64,000 nucleotides of DNA, taken from positions 40,610,001 through 40,674,000 of the forward strand of contig NC_043010.1 in NCBI RefSeq assembly GCF_006345805.1. The letters run 5' to 3'. Shown here in pieces: positions 1 to 13,500 of the stretch (position 1 is the first letter of the stretch; every line of letters begins with the position of its first letter). The position numbers were made by a program, and so were the translations under genes. This DNA comes from Octopus sinensis (taxonomy: Eukaryota). Under the pieces are notes generated by a model, which saw only the letters and a program-made list of their open reading frames with translations, had not been told where the DNA came from and ran no database searches.

Positions 1-276
1 TCGCCATAAATATCTATGGATGGATTACAGCCCCTGTCAGTACATATGTATATTATTACGTCCTTTAACTACAACATGAAAGGTTTTGTTTCTTATTTTT
101 AGCAACGTAGGTGTTCTAACACACTTGTCACATATAGCGACAACTGTAGTTTTCCTTTTTGGTAAAATATTGCGGACAGGTGTCTATATTTTTTTTATAT
201 ACATATTAGCGACTCGCTAAATCAGACCTAGATTTTTATGGTAATTTTCCCCATAAATTTCAGGCCTTGTGCCCAT

Positions 277-470
277 AGTAGTAGTAGTAGTAGTCACGGT
301 TTGCAAAAATGTGTTCTATTCGGATTCAATGTCCTTGATTCCAAGTCAAAACCAGCTTCCTTAGATATCGAAAACCTTTCTTACATTCCCTGCTGTTTCC
401 AAGAGAACAGATTTCTGAATCAATGCAACTCTTGTAGTTACACCAATCTCAATAAGCGATGCATGGCAGA
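277..470 (-). mobile_element. R4/Dong-type (RLE) LINE, extreme 3' fragment
   Basis: Minus-strand peptide EIGVTTRVALIQKSVLLETAGNVRKVFDI* matches the C-terminus seen at 33800-33890 (EIGIKPSLVQLQKTVLLGTAKILR). A short 3' UTR and a (CTA)n tract follow. Confidence 0.7.
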
Positions 471-1874
471 GTTTATACAACTGCGAACAGAATGCATTGT
501 AGTACAAAGTTTGACCAATCTCTATCCTTCGCGGATCGACTTTTAGTTTTGGTTTTCTACCCTTCCCCCCGACTTCAATTACAAATATAGCCAAAGAAGG
601 ATATATTATATACATTTGTTGACAAAGTTTGAAAAGCATAAAACATGTAAAGGTAGCGTGAATTAGTAATGAATATATATACAGTCGTTTGATGAAGGCA
701 TACTCCATATTCACTTTCATTTATGCACAACTGGAGATATGGAAAAAAACTCTGTTTCATATGTATATAATATATAAAATATATGTATATATATATATAT
801 ATATATATGACGAGAGAGCGAGAAAAAGAGTGATATGTATGTGTGTATATATATGGCGAGAGAAATATATATATACATACATACGTATGTATTTATGTGT
901 GTATGTAGGTAGGTATGTATGTGAGTATGTATGTATGTATGTATAAAAAAAGAATATATTTATACATATATCTATGGGGAGAGGGAGAAAGAAAGAGTGA
1001 TGTGGGCATGTTTATATATATATATACACACGTACACACATATATATTTATATAAATTCCTATGTGTATGCATGTACATTGAAGCGTTGGTAGGGAGGGA
1101 TTATTTCGCCTTTTTCTTCTTGATATGGCATTTAAAAATCCCAATATCAAATTTCCAGAGATGCTGGAGTGTTGGTTATAATAATAATGATAACACTTAA
1201 TACGTTTATATATCACTCTCTACATGTGTGTTTGTGCGCGTGTTTGAGTGTGTATTTTATGTCTTTCCATATGTGAGTGTGTGTATGTAAGATATTCCAC
1301 CACTTGTATTTACATAGATTTTTATCTAGTAACCCCTTCGCCACCGCATCGTTAACCTCTATGATAACTGTCTAGATTCACATTAGTTGGTTTCAAAACA
1401 TTAGTGAGTTTTCGGTGTGTAATTGGTCCATTAGTCAAATTTTCTATCTAAAAATTCGAAAGACAATAATTCAACTAATATAGCGTATGCTACCGATAAT
1501 GTTCAATAACCGATTGACACATTTGATCTCCAGCATAGCAAATCAAAGAGAAACTCGACTGCAATGTTCATAATTTATAATGGCGTAATACAAAATTCGC
1601 CGACCTCAGCTGCGTAAAAGTATTACGTTTAAAAAGAAAAAAAAAGAAATAATAAGGCTTTAGGTGTTTAAAATATAGGAAAATGGTTCTATGATTAGTA
1701 ATGGTATACGAAGTTTTCGAATTCGGTGTTAATTCAGGATGTACTACACGTGAATTCCGGTTGTTATTTTTTTTAGATAATATATAATGTAAAAGTACCA
1801 CTTTGAATAGATGTTCAATATTTGATTCCAAACTTCTTACCATGAGGTTAATATTGAACATTTATTAAAAGCAC

Positions 1875-2178
1875 ATCGTTGCGGGTTGAGTCCCGCTGCG
1901 TAGCACCTTGGGCTAGTGTCTTCTACTAAAGCCCCAGAGCTAGTGTTTTTTTAATATAGCCCAGGGCAAGCAAAGCCTTGCGAATGGAAACTGAATGTGT
2001 GTGTGTGCGTGAGAGAGAGAAACTGAGTGAGCGAGAGAGAGAGAGAGAGAGAGAGTGTGTGTGTGTGTGTGTGTTTCTCCACCACCACATATTGACAAAC
2101 GTTTATGGTGTGTTTAAACTTCCCAAAATTAGAGGTTCGGCAAAACAGACATAAAGAATAAGTACTGGGCTTGAAAAA
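1875..2178 (+). mobile_element. Decayed SINE family D (internal microsatellite)
   Basis: GGGTTGAGTCCCGCTGCG..CACCTTGGGC..GTGTCTTCTACTA head, (GT)/(GA) core and GGTTCGGCAAAA..AGAATAAGTACTGGGCTT 3' half, as in 59513-59948. Confidence 0.7.
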
Positions 2179-2639
2179 TATTATTTCGAACGATCAATTC
2201 GTTCCCTATTCGGCTATTCAGCAAGTAAATTTATATTGCGCTATACAGTGTTTTAAATAAGATGGAAAGTATACCATCAAATAAGAGAAGATTTTAGCCT
2301 CGCTATGAAAGCTAAATAAAAATGGTCGTCTCCACTAGAATTATCTCTCTGTGTACAGAGAAATGTTGGACACATTTGATGAGTTTCTGTTAGATCTTCA
2401 TCAGAGAAATAATTTTTTATAATAAAGGTACAATATCAGCAATGTTAATCGAAGATATTCGATACCATCCTCTTCAGTGTTTGACTGATATTTTATTTCA
2501 GTGGCCCCCAAAATGAGGGAATACTAATTTGACCTATGTAACATTTGAACACGAAACTTTTAGAACCGGAATGAACCCTGTAATTTTGTTTAGATGCCCC
2601 AACGTTTGCGCCAGTTCGTCGCCTTCTTTTCTTTTAATT

Positions 2640-3040
2640 ATAATAATAAACCTTTCTAATAAAGGAACAAAGCGTGAAAATTTAGGGGACGGGGTTCGGT
2701 GATACATTGACCCCAGTGATTAATTAGTACTTATTTTACCAAGCACGGAAGGATCAAGTGACAAGTCCACCTCGGTGGAATTTGAACTCACAACGTAAGG
2801 AAGGACGAAATGCCGCTAAGCATTTCGCGTGCTAATGACCCTAACAACTCGCCGCCTTAACAATAATAATACCAATAACAATGGTTTCAAAGTTTGGTGC
2901 AAGGCCAGCAATCTTTGGTGGAGGTTTTAATCGATTGAAGCGAACCCAGTATTCGAGCTGTACTTTCTATCAGCAAACATAAGAGCTTTGAAAGGCAAAC
3001 TTGACCTCAGCGGGATTTGAACTCAGAACTTAAAGATCCC
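2640..3040 (-). mobile_element. Two decayed copies of SINE family A (tail type B)
   Basis: ACCTCGGTGGAATTTGAACTC / GACCTCAGCGGGATTTGAACTCAGAAC motifs and the ATGGTTTCAAAGTTTGGTGCAAGGCCAGC tail. Confidence 0.7.
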
Positions 3041-3444
3041 GACATAGCAACAAAAAAAAAATAATAATAATAATAACCATCATATTCGTTGCACGGAGAG
3101 ATTATCAAGATAAAGTACGGGTACTACTTCAATCTATTTTCCATAACATAGTGTTAACCAAGTGAATTCCGATTACATTGTGTCTGATTTAGGCACAGAG
3201 CGGCAGTTTCCAGCGGAGGGAAGAATTCGATACTTGTGACTTCAGTATTTGGATGGTGCTTTAGTTTATTGTGCCATGAAGGATGAAAACAATGTTCTCT
3301 TCGGTGTGATTTGAACTCAAAACATATGGCACTACAAATTAAGTATATGAACAGCATTAAATGAAAAGCGTTTATAATTTACGGAGATGTATTTGCATAG
3401 CAAATGACCTGATCTGAGATCGTGTGCTGAAACGAAAATCAATT

Positions 3445-3972
3445 AATATGAAGGCGATAGTGATCGAAAAAGAAAATTACAAGAAACTGGAAGAAATGTG
3501 TGGAGATAGTATTGACCCACCAGAAGTAAGGGTGGAATTCAAAGAATTGCCACCAGTAGTGGATTTAGTAGAAATTGAACCTCTGATGAAATACTACAAA
3601 AAGTAACTAAGTATGTTAAATTGACAGGAAAAAAAAAGAAAAAAGAAAGAGGAGGAAAAAAGAAAAAAAGTAAGAGTAAAGTGTTTTATGTTATGTTTAA
3701 AAAATATTGAAAAACAGAACAATTTTAGAGAACGTACATAACGGTTCAAATAATTGTAATGGTACACGATAATTAATTGTTATGATAAAAACGGTCTCTT
3801 TAAAAAGATTAATGGTAATGCATGTGATGAGGGGCGCATGCAGCCATTCATAACCTCATTGTTATATAGTCATCTCAATCATATTCGTTCTATGTATTGT
3901 CCCCTCTATGGTGTCCTGTCTGTCCTTGTTTGACCCCCTGTATTTCGGGCCCTTGTGGCTAATAAAAAGATC
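3445..3972 (+). mobile_element. 5'-truncated retroposon with Tx1/SINE-A-type 3' tail and short ORF end
   Basis: 16-bp TSD GAAACGAAAA(T/A)CAATT at 3429-3444 and 3973-3988. Tail TGTCCTTGTTTGACCCCCTGTATTTCGGGCCCTTGTGGCTAATAAAAAGA resembles the SINE-A tail. The ORF ends ..EFKELPPVVDLVEIEPLMKYYKK*. Confidence 0.7.
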
Positions 3973-4054
3973 GAAACGAAAAACAATTGCATCATGGAAG
4001 ATGTTTATAAGCCATTTAAAACACACACAAAAACCGTTAGATTCACTTCAACTT

Positions 4055-5313
4055 TTAAAAGAAACAAAAGCGACAAAAAAGGGGAGCGATGGAGTCGTCA
4101 GCCCGAAGAGAAGGAAGAAGGCAAAATCAAGGGAAGTGTTACAGAAAGCGACAGCAGAAGCAGAGAAGACAGACATAAATGATATAGAGCTGCTTGAAAC
4201 ACAAGAAGAGAAAAGACTAGAAGGTGCAAAGTCCAGTGAGTTTAAAAGTGAGCATAAAGGAGTCCTGATTTTTTACGAGAAATCAATAGATGTAGAGAAG
4301 AAAATATCAAAGTGGAAAAATTTGGTGAGAGTGAAACTGGGATCTTTTCGGTTTGAACGGCAGTTTATTCCAGCGGTGCCATATGAAATTGTCACCCATA
4401 ATTATGACCTTAGTATCGATCTATTGCATTTCAATCTGTTTTAGGGTTAGGGTTAGGGGTGGGAGGAAGGGTGTCTTTTTTTCTTCAGAAATGTAAATAA
4501 ACCCAATATGTTTCTTAAATGAAGGACATTTTCATACGGCACAGAATGTTTTCACCTCAATAGACGTCATTGATTGGTTGAAATAGCAGAAATTGAAGAA
4601 AAAAACAACCAATATCTTACAAACTATAGAAGTTTCTCAATACAGCCAAGAGAAAAAAAATGTTTTATAAACACATTCTACAAGTATATGAAGTTTAAAA
4701 ATGTTTAGTTACGTGGAAATTATTTTAAAAACTGCCGGTCAAACCTAGAAGATCCTGAAACTGCCTATGTGGAGGTTCCCAGAGTAGGAAAGGTGTGTGA
4801 TAGTGAGTGAGTCAGCGAGCAACGAACTGTGGAGACATTACAGAGAGTTTATGGCAGGAATGGATGGGCTTGTGTACTATAAGGCAAGGCCGCCGTTTGT
4901 GGACTATGCAAGGCTGGAACATTTCAAGATAGAGAAAATAAATTTGGAATAAACATTTTGGTTGAAAAAAAAATGTGAACTATTTCTGTTAAGAAGAAAA
5001 TTATGAAATTTTTTCGAGAATGTGTTGTGAGAAAAAAAATCGGTCGAGAATGCGTTGTGAAAAATAATGAGAAAAAAGATGAAGAGAAAAAACTGTCTAA
5101 ATGTAACGACTCGACTTCAGAGGTCGAGTGGGCATTCCGCCTCATTGTATCATCTTTTTCATAATTCATTCGTTTCTTTTGGTTTTACTTCTTTTCTATT
5201 TTTATTTTTAATTCCTCGATTTTATATCGTGTCTCGTTGTGTATTGTCTGTACGTGTTGTATTTGTCTTAAATATTTCGATTGTACGTCTGTTAATCGGT
5301 AATAAAAAAAAAC
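4055..5313 (+). mobile_element. Second truncated retroposon with homologous ORF end, interrupted by a MITE
   Basis: Removing the MITE restores the frame ..NLVRVKLPMWRFPE*ERCVIV..VYYKARPPFVDYARLEHFK..*. A T-rich 3' UTR ends in AATAAAAAAAAA. Confidence 0.6.
4340..4755. mobile_element. MITE with 27-bp TIRs and 8-bp TSD (Merlin- or hAT-like)
   Basis: TIRs GGATCTTTTCGGTTTGAACGGCAGTTT / AAACTGCCGGTCAAACCTAGAAGATCC. TSD TGAAACTG at 4332-4339 and 4756-4763. Internal (TTAGGG)3 at 4441-4458. Confidence 0.9.
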
Positions 5314-6444
5314 CGAAAATATTTTGATAAATTCAATTTTAATGTTGAAGTGAATCTAACAGTTTTTGTGCGTTTTTAAATGGCTTATAAACACCTTCCA
5401 CGGTGCAATTGTTTATAATTTAGGTAACATTAATTTCAAATTTTGACGCAAGGCCAACAGTTTCGAGGGAGTGGGCAAAGTTGACCTCGACAGATTTTGA
5501 ACTCAGAATTTACAGACCTACGAAATGCCACTAAGCATTATTGCCCAATAGGATAATGATTCTACCAACTCACCGTCTAATTTTTTTATTATTTTAGATA
5601 ATCAAATAAAATGCAAAGCAAATGTATAGAGACGGACATGGCTGAATAGTTAAAGAATTTGCTTCACAACTACGAGATCTTAATTCGATAAATGCATTCC
5701 CCGAATCTTCGAGATAAGTTACGTACTGTGGATGAATATGGGTAGCCAGACGTTGAATAGAATCACGTCCGACGTACCGTAATGAACGCATGTGTAGTCC
5801 AAACGTGCAGCTTTAATAGCAAAACAATTTTATCACACTAACGTTTCATGACAGTTACATTAAGGGTTCACGTGTTTATGGAATCATCAGCCAGTTCAGG
5901 CTTTGCATTTACTAAAAAACCAGACGCTCGTATACCCAAATAAATGCGAGGGTCTTTCAAAGTAATCTGTCCATATGAATAAAAATATAAATTTTGTGTG
6001 AACGTGAATAAGCAACGAAGTGGTGACACAGCAGATTGTAATTTATTTTTGAGTAACAGAAGTGAGAAGTTTAACTGCGCCCCACTGAGTATCCACCAAT
6101 AGCAACTGAGTATCCAGGCAAGAGCAACTGAGAACAGATGATAATCTTCCTTAAAATGATGAGACACTATTATGAACTGATATTAGACAAATCCTGAACA
6201 TAAAATGTATCGTGCAATTTTTATTTCTTTTATATTTCATAGTTAGGCAGTTTCTTCATTACGTATCAACGTATCATTATATATATATATACAAACTAAA
6301 AGACAGTTGCAATAAGTGTGTGCATATGAGATGGGAATATGGGGAATAAAATCACTATTAACTGATCCTCCTGTAATTTCTTTTAACAAAAGACATGAAC
6401 TTTTCCGACACCCCGGCGTTTATATACCTGGCTGAAGAGTGTTG

Positions 6445-6757
6445 CCCCTTGAATGCTATATCTCTGGCAGCAGGATTCGTATCTATGTTATACTTTCGGA
6501 AAGAGTCTGACGTGGTTGTCGGAGAATTCCTACGACTTCACCAACTCCAACTTCTGGCTTCCTAATTCCTCCAATTACGAGGTGCGAAGTATTTTGAAAA
6601 ATATACCAACTGCTTTGCCTGCAACACCAAGGCCGTCCTCGTAGCCACGATCAAGGAGGCGTTCGAATATATTCTCAGGGACATAAGGAGGAAGGTGTGC
6701 ACCAGGTTCCGGGGTTTTGCGATCAATGTGGAAGCCGACGGCGACTACTTTGTGTAG
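6445..6757 (+). pseudogene. Tc1/mariner (maT/DD37D-like) transposase C-terminal remnant
   Basis: YLWQQDS..C.T.GKS..WLSEN.YDFT..NFWLPNS and, after a frameshift, RDIRRKVCTRFRG...VEADGDYFV*. Confidence 0.75.
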
Positions 6758-6776
6758 ACTGCTAACCACCAGTAGT

Positions 6777-7118
6777 GGAGGCGCAATAGCCCAGTGGTTA
6801 GGACAGCGGACTCGCGGACATGGGATCGCAGTTTCAATTCCCAGATCGAGCGTTGTGACTGTATAGTGATCGGAAACATAAAGCTCCAAGAGACTCTTTC
6901 ACCACAAATTTCTCTCACTCTTTCTTCCTGTTTCTGTTGTATTTGTATTTCAAAGGGCCAACCTTGTCACTCTCTATGTCATGCTGAATCTCTCGAGAAC
7001 TACGTTAAGGGTATACGTGTCTGTGGAGTGCTCAGCCACTTACACATTAATTTCACGAGCAGGCTACTCTGTTGTTCGCATAAAGTGGAACCTTCGTCGT
7101 CGTAACCGACGGAGTACC
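6777..7118 (+). mobile_element. tRNA-derived SINE family B
   Basis: GGAGGCGCAATAGCCCAGTGGTTAGG A box and GTTTCAATTCC B box. Colinear with 27948-28328. Confidence 0.85.
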
Positions 7119-7459
7119 TAGATCTACCACCCATAATTTAGTTTATATTCTTTGATTTCTTAAACATCTTTATTTTTGGATGGAATATTGTGTTTTCGCT
7201 TCCCTTTATACCCAAAAGGACTGTAGTATATATAGGCTTTCCAGGATCTGTATGCGAAGTCAATGAATATTCGAAACAAAATGAACAATTTCGCAGACAC
7301 ACATGGGCATGTCCCACAGTATGAACCAGTGTGTACGATCGTGTGTGTGAGAGAGGGTGTGTGTGATAGAGTGTGTATGTGAGAGAGTGTGTTTCTGTGC
7401 ACATAGAAAATTGGAGAGATAAATAAACAGCTATTTAATGCTCAACACATTTACCTGTG

Positions 7460-7477
7460 AGTATATATATACATATA

Positions 7478-7563
<86 letters not shown>

Positions 7564-7685
7564 TATATATGTATGTATGTATGTATATATATGTATGTAT
7601 GTATGTATGTATATATATGTATGTATGTATATATATGTATGTATATATGTATATATATGTATGTATATATGTATATATAGGTATG

Positions 7686-7723
<38 letters not shown>

Positions 7724-7790
7724 TGTATCTATATGTATACATATATGAATATATATATATGTGAATATATATGCATATTTATTCATATGT
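7460..7790. repeat. (TA)n/(TATG)n compound microsatellite
   Basis: Direct inspection. Confidence 0.95.
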
Positions 7791-8120
7791 ACAAACACAT
7801 GCACACATAAACACAGATATATACGCACATTTACATAGATATGTGAGGGCCTGTACATACATAAACATTCCCAAGCATTTATGTACAACATTAGCGCATA
7901 CTGATGTATGATTATGAGCTCATATGCAGAATATTAATGGTAATAAACGACAAACATAACCTGCCACCAAACGACAGTGATTACATAATCCAACACAGGA
8001 AGGAAAGCCTTAAGTTGATTCATCCGTTCATTTATGGATGGGAGTGGGCAACCGGAGCGTGTGTAGAAAGCCATTTCTATTTATTTCTCACTTCCTCTAG
8101 TCTGTCCCTCTCTTTATATA

Positions 8121-8164
<44 letters not shown>

Positions 8165-8172
8165 ATATATAT

Positions 8173-8209
<37 letters not shown>

Positions 8210-8471
8210 GCGGAAATTAATGCTTCTCGTAATGAATAATGATTACATAATAGAAAATCGATTTAAACGGCTAATGGCATCAGGAAATTTAAATCTTGCT
8301 GATTCATCAATAAATTGATATGATTTGCCGAAATCTCAGATTTATTAGCTATCGCAATTTGCATAAGTCGTGTGTTTATGTTGATTTTGAAATGGCCAAA
8401 TATGTTGGTAAAATCCACTGAACTGTACATACTAACATAGTCTCATGGGAACCGATACAAACATAAGTATT

Positions 8472-8502
<31 letters not shown>

Positions 8503-8608
8503 GCACTTATGTATATGTATATATATTCACATACATATACATATATACATACACACACAAACACATCTATATATGTGTATATATATATATAATATTATAT
8601 ATATATAT

Positions 8609-8639
<31 letters not shown>

Positions 8640-9314
8640 TTATGCATATATATATATTTATGCATATATATATATTTATGCATATATATACACATGTATT
8701 TGCTTATATATATTTACATATATATATAAGTTTACATATATGTTTATATATATATGTATTTACATAAATGTATGTACATATATATTTACATATATGTATA
8801 TAAATATATGTGTTGTGCGTGTGTGTGTCTGTCTGTGTCTGTCTATGTCTGTGTGTAAATTTACGCAGGCATATTTATATACCCATTTAGGCATATACAT
8901 TAGAAAACAGAAAACGTAGGAGAAATATTAAAACAAGTGGATCAGCCTATCAATGTCTTCCGGTAGAATGACTTCAATCTCCCGGACGCTGGAGTGTATC
9001 ATTCCAACTTGGAAACTGAATTCTGTTTTATTCATGCATTCATATTCATTAAATATCCAACAAGGGTATAATTTCAATATTGTTAACTTGATCTGTTACC
9101 GATTCGGAGAATGACTCAAACCGATATCCGGTATAACACCAACGTATGGATCATAGGACAAACAGAAAATGTTTGCTAGTTTATTCATTTGCTCATCAAC
9201 TTCAAGCTTTATACTGCAAAATGGTATGATTCTACTTTATTAAGCCTTCTTTCCTCATCTCGAGGCCCTGTTCTTTCCTCTTCCCTCTTCTCTTCTTTTA
9301 TTTTATGTATTTGT

Positions 9315-9435
9315 ATTCACTCTGATGAAGCTGCATGTACTAGATCGCATTTGCTATAATGATGACGAATATTATTCTCATAATTTTCTTTGGAGACACC
9401 GACTGACATTGGTATCAGAAACGGCTGTAAGTAAT
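9315..9435 (+). ncRNA. Minimal type-I hammerhead ribozyme motif, long decayed stem II
   Basis: ATTCACT-CTGATGA-...-GAAA-CGGCTG-TA-AGTAAT. Downstream sequence (..TTCTCCATTTTCT) matches the 3' end of the 19101-19395 element. Confidence 0.6.
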
Positions 9436-10109
9436 GTTAAAGTTTTGTATTAAAAAATAATTAACCGATGATGATCAATTTGTTTGTTGATCAAAATTTT
9501 CTCCATTTTCTGCATATTTCAAATTTGATTCCTGATAAACTCTTGTTTATTTTTATTGCCTGTATACTTTGAGCATAATATACATGCATATGTATGCTCA
9601 GGGGTAACATTGATAATTTATACCAGTAGTAAATCGGACATTCTTATACCTTAGACGGTTTTTCCAACCGCGAAATCAACTTACCTATATATATATCAAT
9701 TCGTTTTGCAAGATTCCTGATGTGAAACCGTGTGTTGAAACGGATATTATAGTATTTAGGAATGGCAATTTTTTTGCCAAATAAATACGTGCAATGTATA
9801 TTTTTTCTTCGCTCGTTTATTAGTATTCTTATAGAGTAAGTGGAAGAAGAACACACATGAAAGCAACAAGCGTCGTTGAAGAGGTCAGAGATGTGTGACG
9901 AAAGATTTCCGCACAATGGACATGGGTTGAAATAATAAAATAAAATCAGTAATAAAGGAATGAAGAAAAAATATATATAGTGCGTGTGTTTATTTGGCAA
10001 ATAAATGACCATCCCGAAATACAACAATATATATATACATGTGTGTGTGTGTGTCTGTGTTTGTCTGTATACATATATGTGTATATATGTATATATATAT
10101 ATGTATATA

Positions 10110-10291
10110 TTTCTTTACTACCCACAAGGGGCTAAACACAGAGGGGACAAACAAGGACAGACACACGGATTAAGTCGATTACATCGACCCCAGTGCGTAA
10201 CTGGCACTTAATTTATCGAGCCTGAAAGAATGAAAGGCAAAGTCGACCTCGGTGGAATTTGAACCCAGAACGTAACGGTAGACGAAATACG
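10110..10291 (-). mobile_element. SINE family A body and tail (host of the Tx1 LINE)
   Basis: Matches 43321-43548 from the (C/G)GTATTTCGTC site onward. Part of its head resumes at 15634-15658. Confidence 0.9.
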
Positions 10292-10529
10292 AATTTCTTT
10301 ATTGCCCACCGGGGGCCAAACATAGATATGGACAGTACAACTGATGGGATCAGTGAATCGATATGATTTTACATAAATGTGACATCAAAAATAAAATACA
10401 ATACATAAAAATCGAATGGAATACACAGTACAAAAACAATACAAATGAAGCGATGATCAAGTTACGCTCCGATCCCACAAGCCCCGATCTACCGCTGATA
10501 CCTTTTTATTTTTCCATTTTTTTTTTCCT

Positions 10530-13500
10530 CGTCTATTCACACGGTTCCTTGCACGCACAACACTCGTGCAACATACTTCCATCTCTTTTGGAACGTACAC
10601 TCTGACAGACACCTCTTCTCCAGCCACAGTTTCCTTTTCAAATGAAAAGAAAAAAAGGATCGTAAATTGTCACCAGAGATAAGTTGACTGTCTTAATTCC
10701 TTTTATCCTAGTATTCCATACAGCCTCTTTTGCTATTGCTACAACCGTGAGAAAACAATTCTTACCTTCGTTCGTTAGAACTCCCGGTGGGTCAATTTTT
10801 ATAATTGACTCAGTCGACAGCCGTACTCTTCCTTCGCCGGACAACAGATGTTCAGCATAAGCCCACATTTCAGTTATCTCCGGACACTGAACAATAGCGT
10901 GAGGGACGGTTTCCCTGTCCCCACCGCATCTTGGACAGGTCGGCGACTGACGTTTACCATGTCTTGCGAGCTTATCCCAAACGGGCAAGGCACCTCTGTA
11001 GCATTGCCAGGTTAAGGACATTTGGAAGTTGTCCAACGTTCTCAAACCGAATGTACGATGAAACAAGCTGTCCAGTTGAATAAATCTGAGACCTAGAGTC
11101 GACCCCAGGCCATCGTCGCATTCAGACTCTACCAACCCACTATATAAAATCCGTGTGGAACCCCCACCGCTGGCGTTGCCCGAGCGCCGGAACAGCAAGA
11201 GGGCCTTACGGCACTCTTTATGCCACTCACTCGACCTCGGTCTACGAGAACACCAGGCTTCCTGTTCGCAAAAACTCTTGAACTCAGGAAACATTGTCTG
11301 GCCAGCGGAGACCACACCCGTTCACTATCCAGGAGAATCCAGAGGTGCCTCAACCTCAACGCATGTCTGCGCATCATTAACCAAGGCATCCCTAAACCTC
11401 CATTTAAGGCTTTGACAGCAGACAGAGCGTTTCACAAGTGGCGACCTGCCCTTCCACAAAAAGCGAAAGAGCTGTCTCTCCAACCTGATCAACCACGAAT
11501 CCGGACAGGGCACGACAGTCAGGCGGTAGGTAATGACCGATGCGGTAAACAACTTGGCCACTTCCGCCCTCCCTTTCAGGGATAGCCACCGCCAAGACCA
11601 AGTCTTGACTACTGCAGCCACCCTGCTCAATACCTCCGTCCAGTTCTCTCTATCTGGAGGCCTGGTCCAAACCAGACTCCCAGCAACTTAACCGGTCCCT
11701 CCGTCCAGCGCCTAACAACACTGTCTGAAGGCATCGACTTGCCAACCCAGGTGCCGAGCTGCAAGCCGACCGACTTTTCCCGGTTAATCTTTGCTCCTGC
11801 TACCTCCTCGTAAGCCTCAATAGTCTTACCTACTTCACGTAGGCGTACCACTGTGGTTACACTGATAGTGATATCATCCGCGAAAGCCGTAACAAACTCC
11901 TCTAGTCCTGGTTCTCTCGGGATGCCACTCAACCTTTGCAGTAATGGCTCGAGAGCCATCACATACAAAAGTGTGTGAAAGCGGACATCCTTGACGAACC
12001 GAGCGTCTGATGCAGAACGGCTTCGAAAGGAAACCGTTCACCCGAACTATCGAGTCAATGTTGTGGTACAAAGCGATAACCACCTGAGGAAGCCAAGGCC
12101 CAGGCCAAACCGCGCAAGTACAGTCGCTAGGTATCGATGGTCAACCCTATCAAAAGCTTTAGACTGGTCCAAATGCACCAATGCCCCACCTTTGCCAGAT
12201 TTATTACCAAACCTCTCTATGGTATAGCGAATAAGATGGAGGGTATCCTGAATGGTTCTGCCTGGGATGGCCTCCCCGACTGTGCCTCCCCGACTATACC
12301 ATTCGCGACACGCGCCAACCTTTTTGCTAGAACCTTGGCCAAAATCTTCACTTCTGCGTTTAACAGAGTGATGGGCCTGAAATTCTCTAGAACGTCCCCC
12401 TTGTCCGGGTCCTTTCTGACCAACGTCACTACTCCCCGGCGCACAGATGGGGATAAACCCATTCTGTTTCCAGTTCGCGTACACGTCAGTCAGTAGTTGC
12501 CCGAACAAGTCTGGCATACATTTATACAGCTCGTAGGAAGACCATCAAGTCCCGGTGACTTACCCGCTTTACAATCGGCCAAAGCCTCCATCACCTCCTC
12601 AAGTGTGATTGGCCCTTCGCAAGACTCCGCATCCGACCCCGAGAGGCACGGCAGCCCGGTAAGAAAGTCCTCGAGGGCTCTCCCACCACCAGGACCGCCG
12701 TCACCCCCGAACAGCTGGGCGAAGTACTCCCGAAAGACCTCACACATTTTCTCGGTTCGTTTATCAAGACACCATTTTGATTCGTCAAAGACCGAATAGA
12801 GGAACTATTTCCTTGCCGAGCTTCCACCACTCGGGCCCATCCAGCGGCTTTGATTCCTTCACTTCCCATTGCACGTAACTTAGCTCTGGTAATACTTCCC
12901 ATGTGGTGGGCTTCAAGATGCTGGTTTAACTCCAGTCTTTTCACCCTCGCTTGGTCTGTATTACCAGTCCTCCAGGCTTCTTCTAGTTCCTTAACTAGAC
13001 CATCTCCTATTTTACGTCCCTTCTTAGCTAAACTTATGCTAAACCTAATAGACTCATATTTGATGGCTCTTTTTAGGGCGTACCACCATTTGTTATTAAT
13101 GATGGTACCTGTTAATGCCCTCTGTATTAACATCTTGATCCGCTTTCTGTACTCCTCAATCGCCAAAAGGGACGTATTGAGTTTCCAGTAGCCAGATCCC
13201 TGTCTATGCAACTTATCTACCGTCAGTTTACAGGTAACCATCTTGTGGTCACTGTAGCTGACTAGAAAAAACTGTGGACACTCAACTATGGACTTATCTT
13301 TTTCTCTAATTAAAATCCTATCTAGATATGTTCTGGTAGACCCGTCACTATTTGACCACGTCCACTGTGGAGTGTTCGGGTGCTCCAACCTATATGGATC
13401 TGCTAGCTGAAATTGACTTAGCAGATCCCGAAAGCCTGTGTTACATTTTCTGTTCATGTTCGAGTTTGAGCCAACACAATCTGTGTGTGCTGCACATATT

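Larger units (their letters stand above)
3379..5412. mobile_element. Inverted pair of the G3-C8 hammerhead repeat family, interrupted by nested insertions
   Basis: 3379-3444 plus 3973-4052 and 5314-5412 match the uninterrupted hairpin at 51078-51404. Confidence 0.75.

Noticed and set aside
2370-2480. Possible minus-strand hammerhead cores (also 9092-9160, 9712-9762, 57250-57295, 63068-63185)
   Set aside because: Core or stems are too degenerate to separate from chance by eye. They may be decayed copies.
6575-6889. Minus-strand 104-aa ORF as a host exon
   Set aside because: It is antisense to a transposase remnant plus a SINE head.
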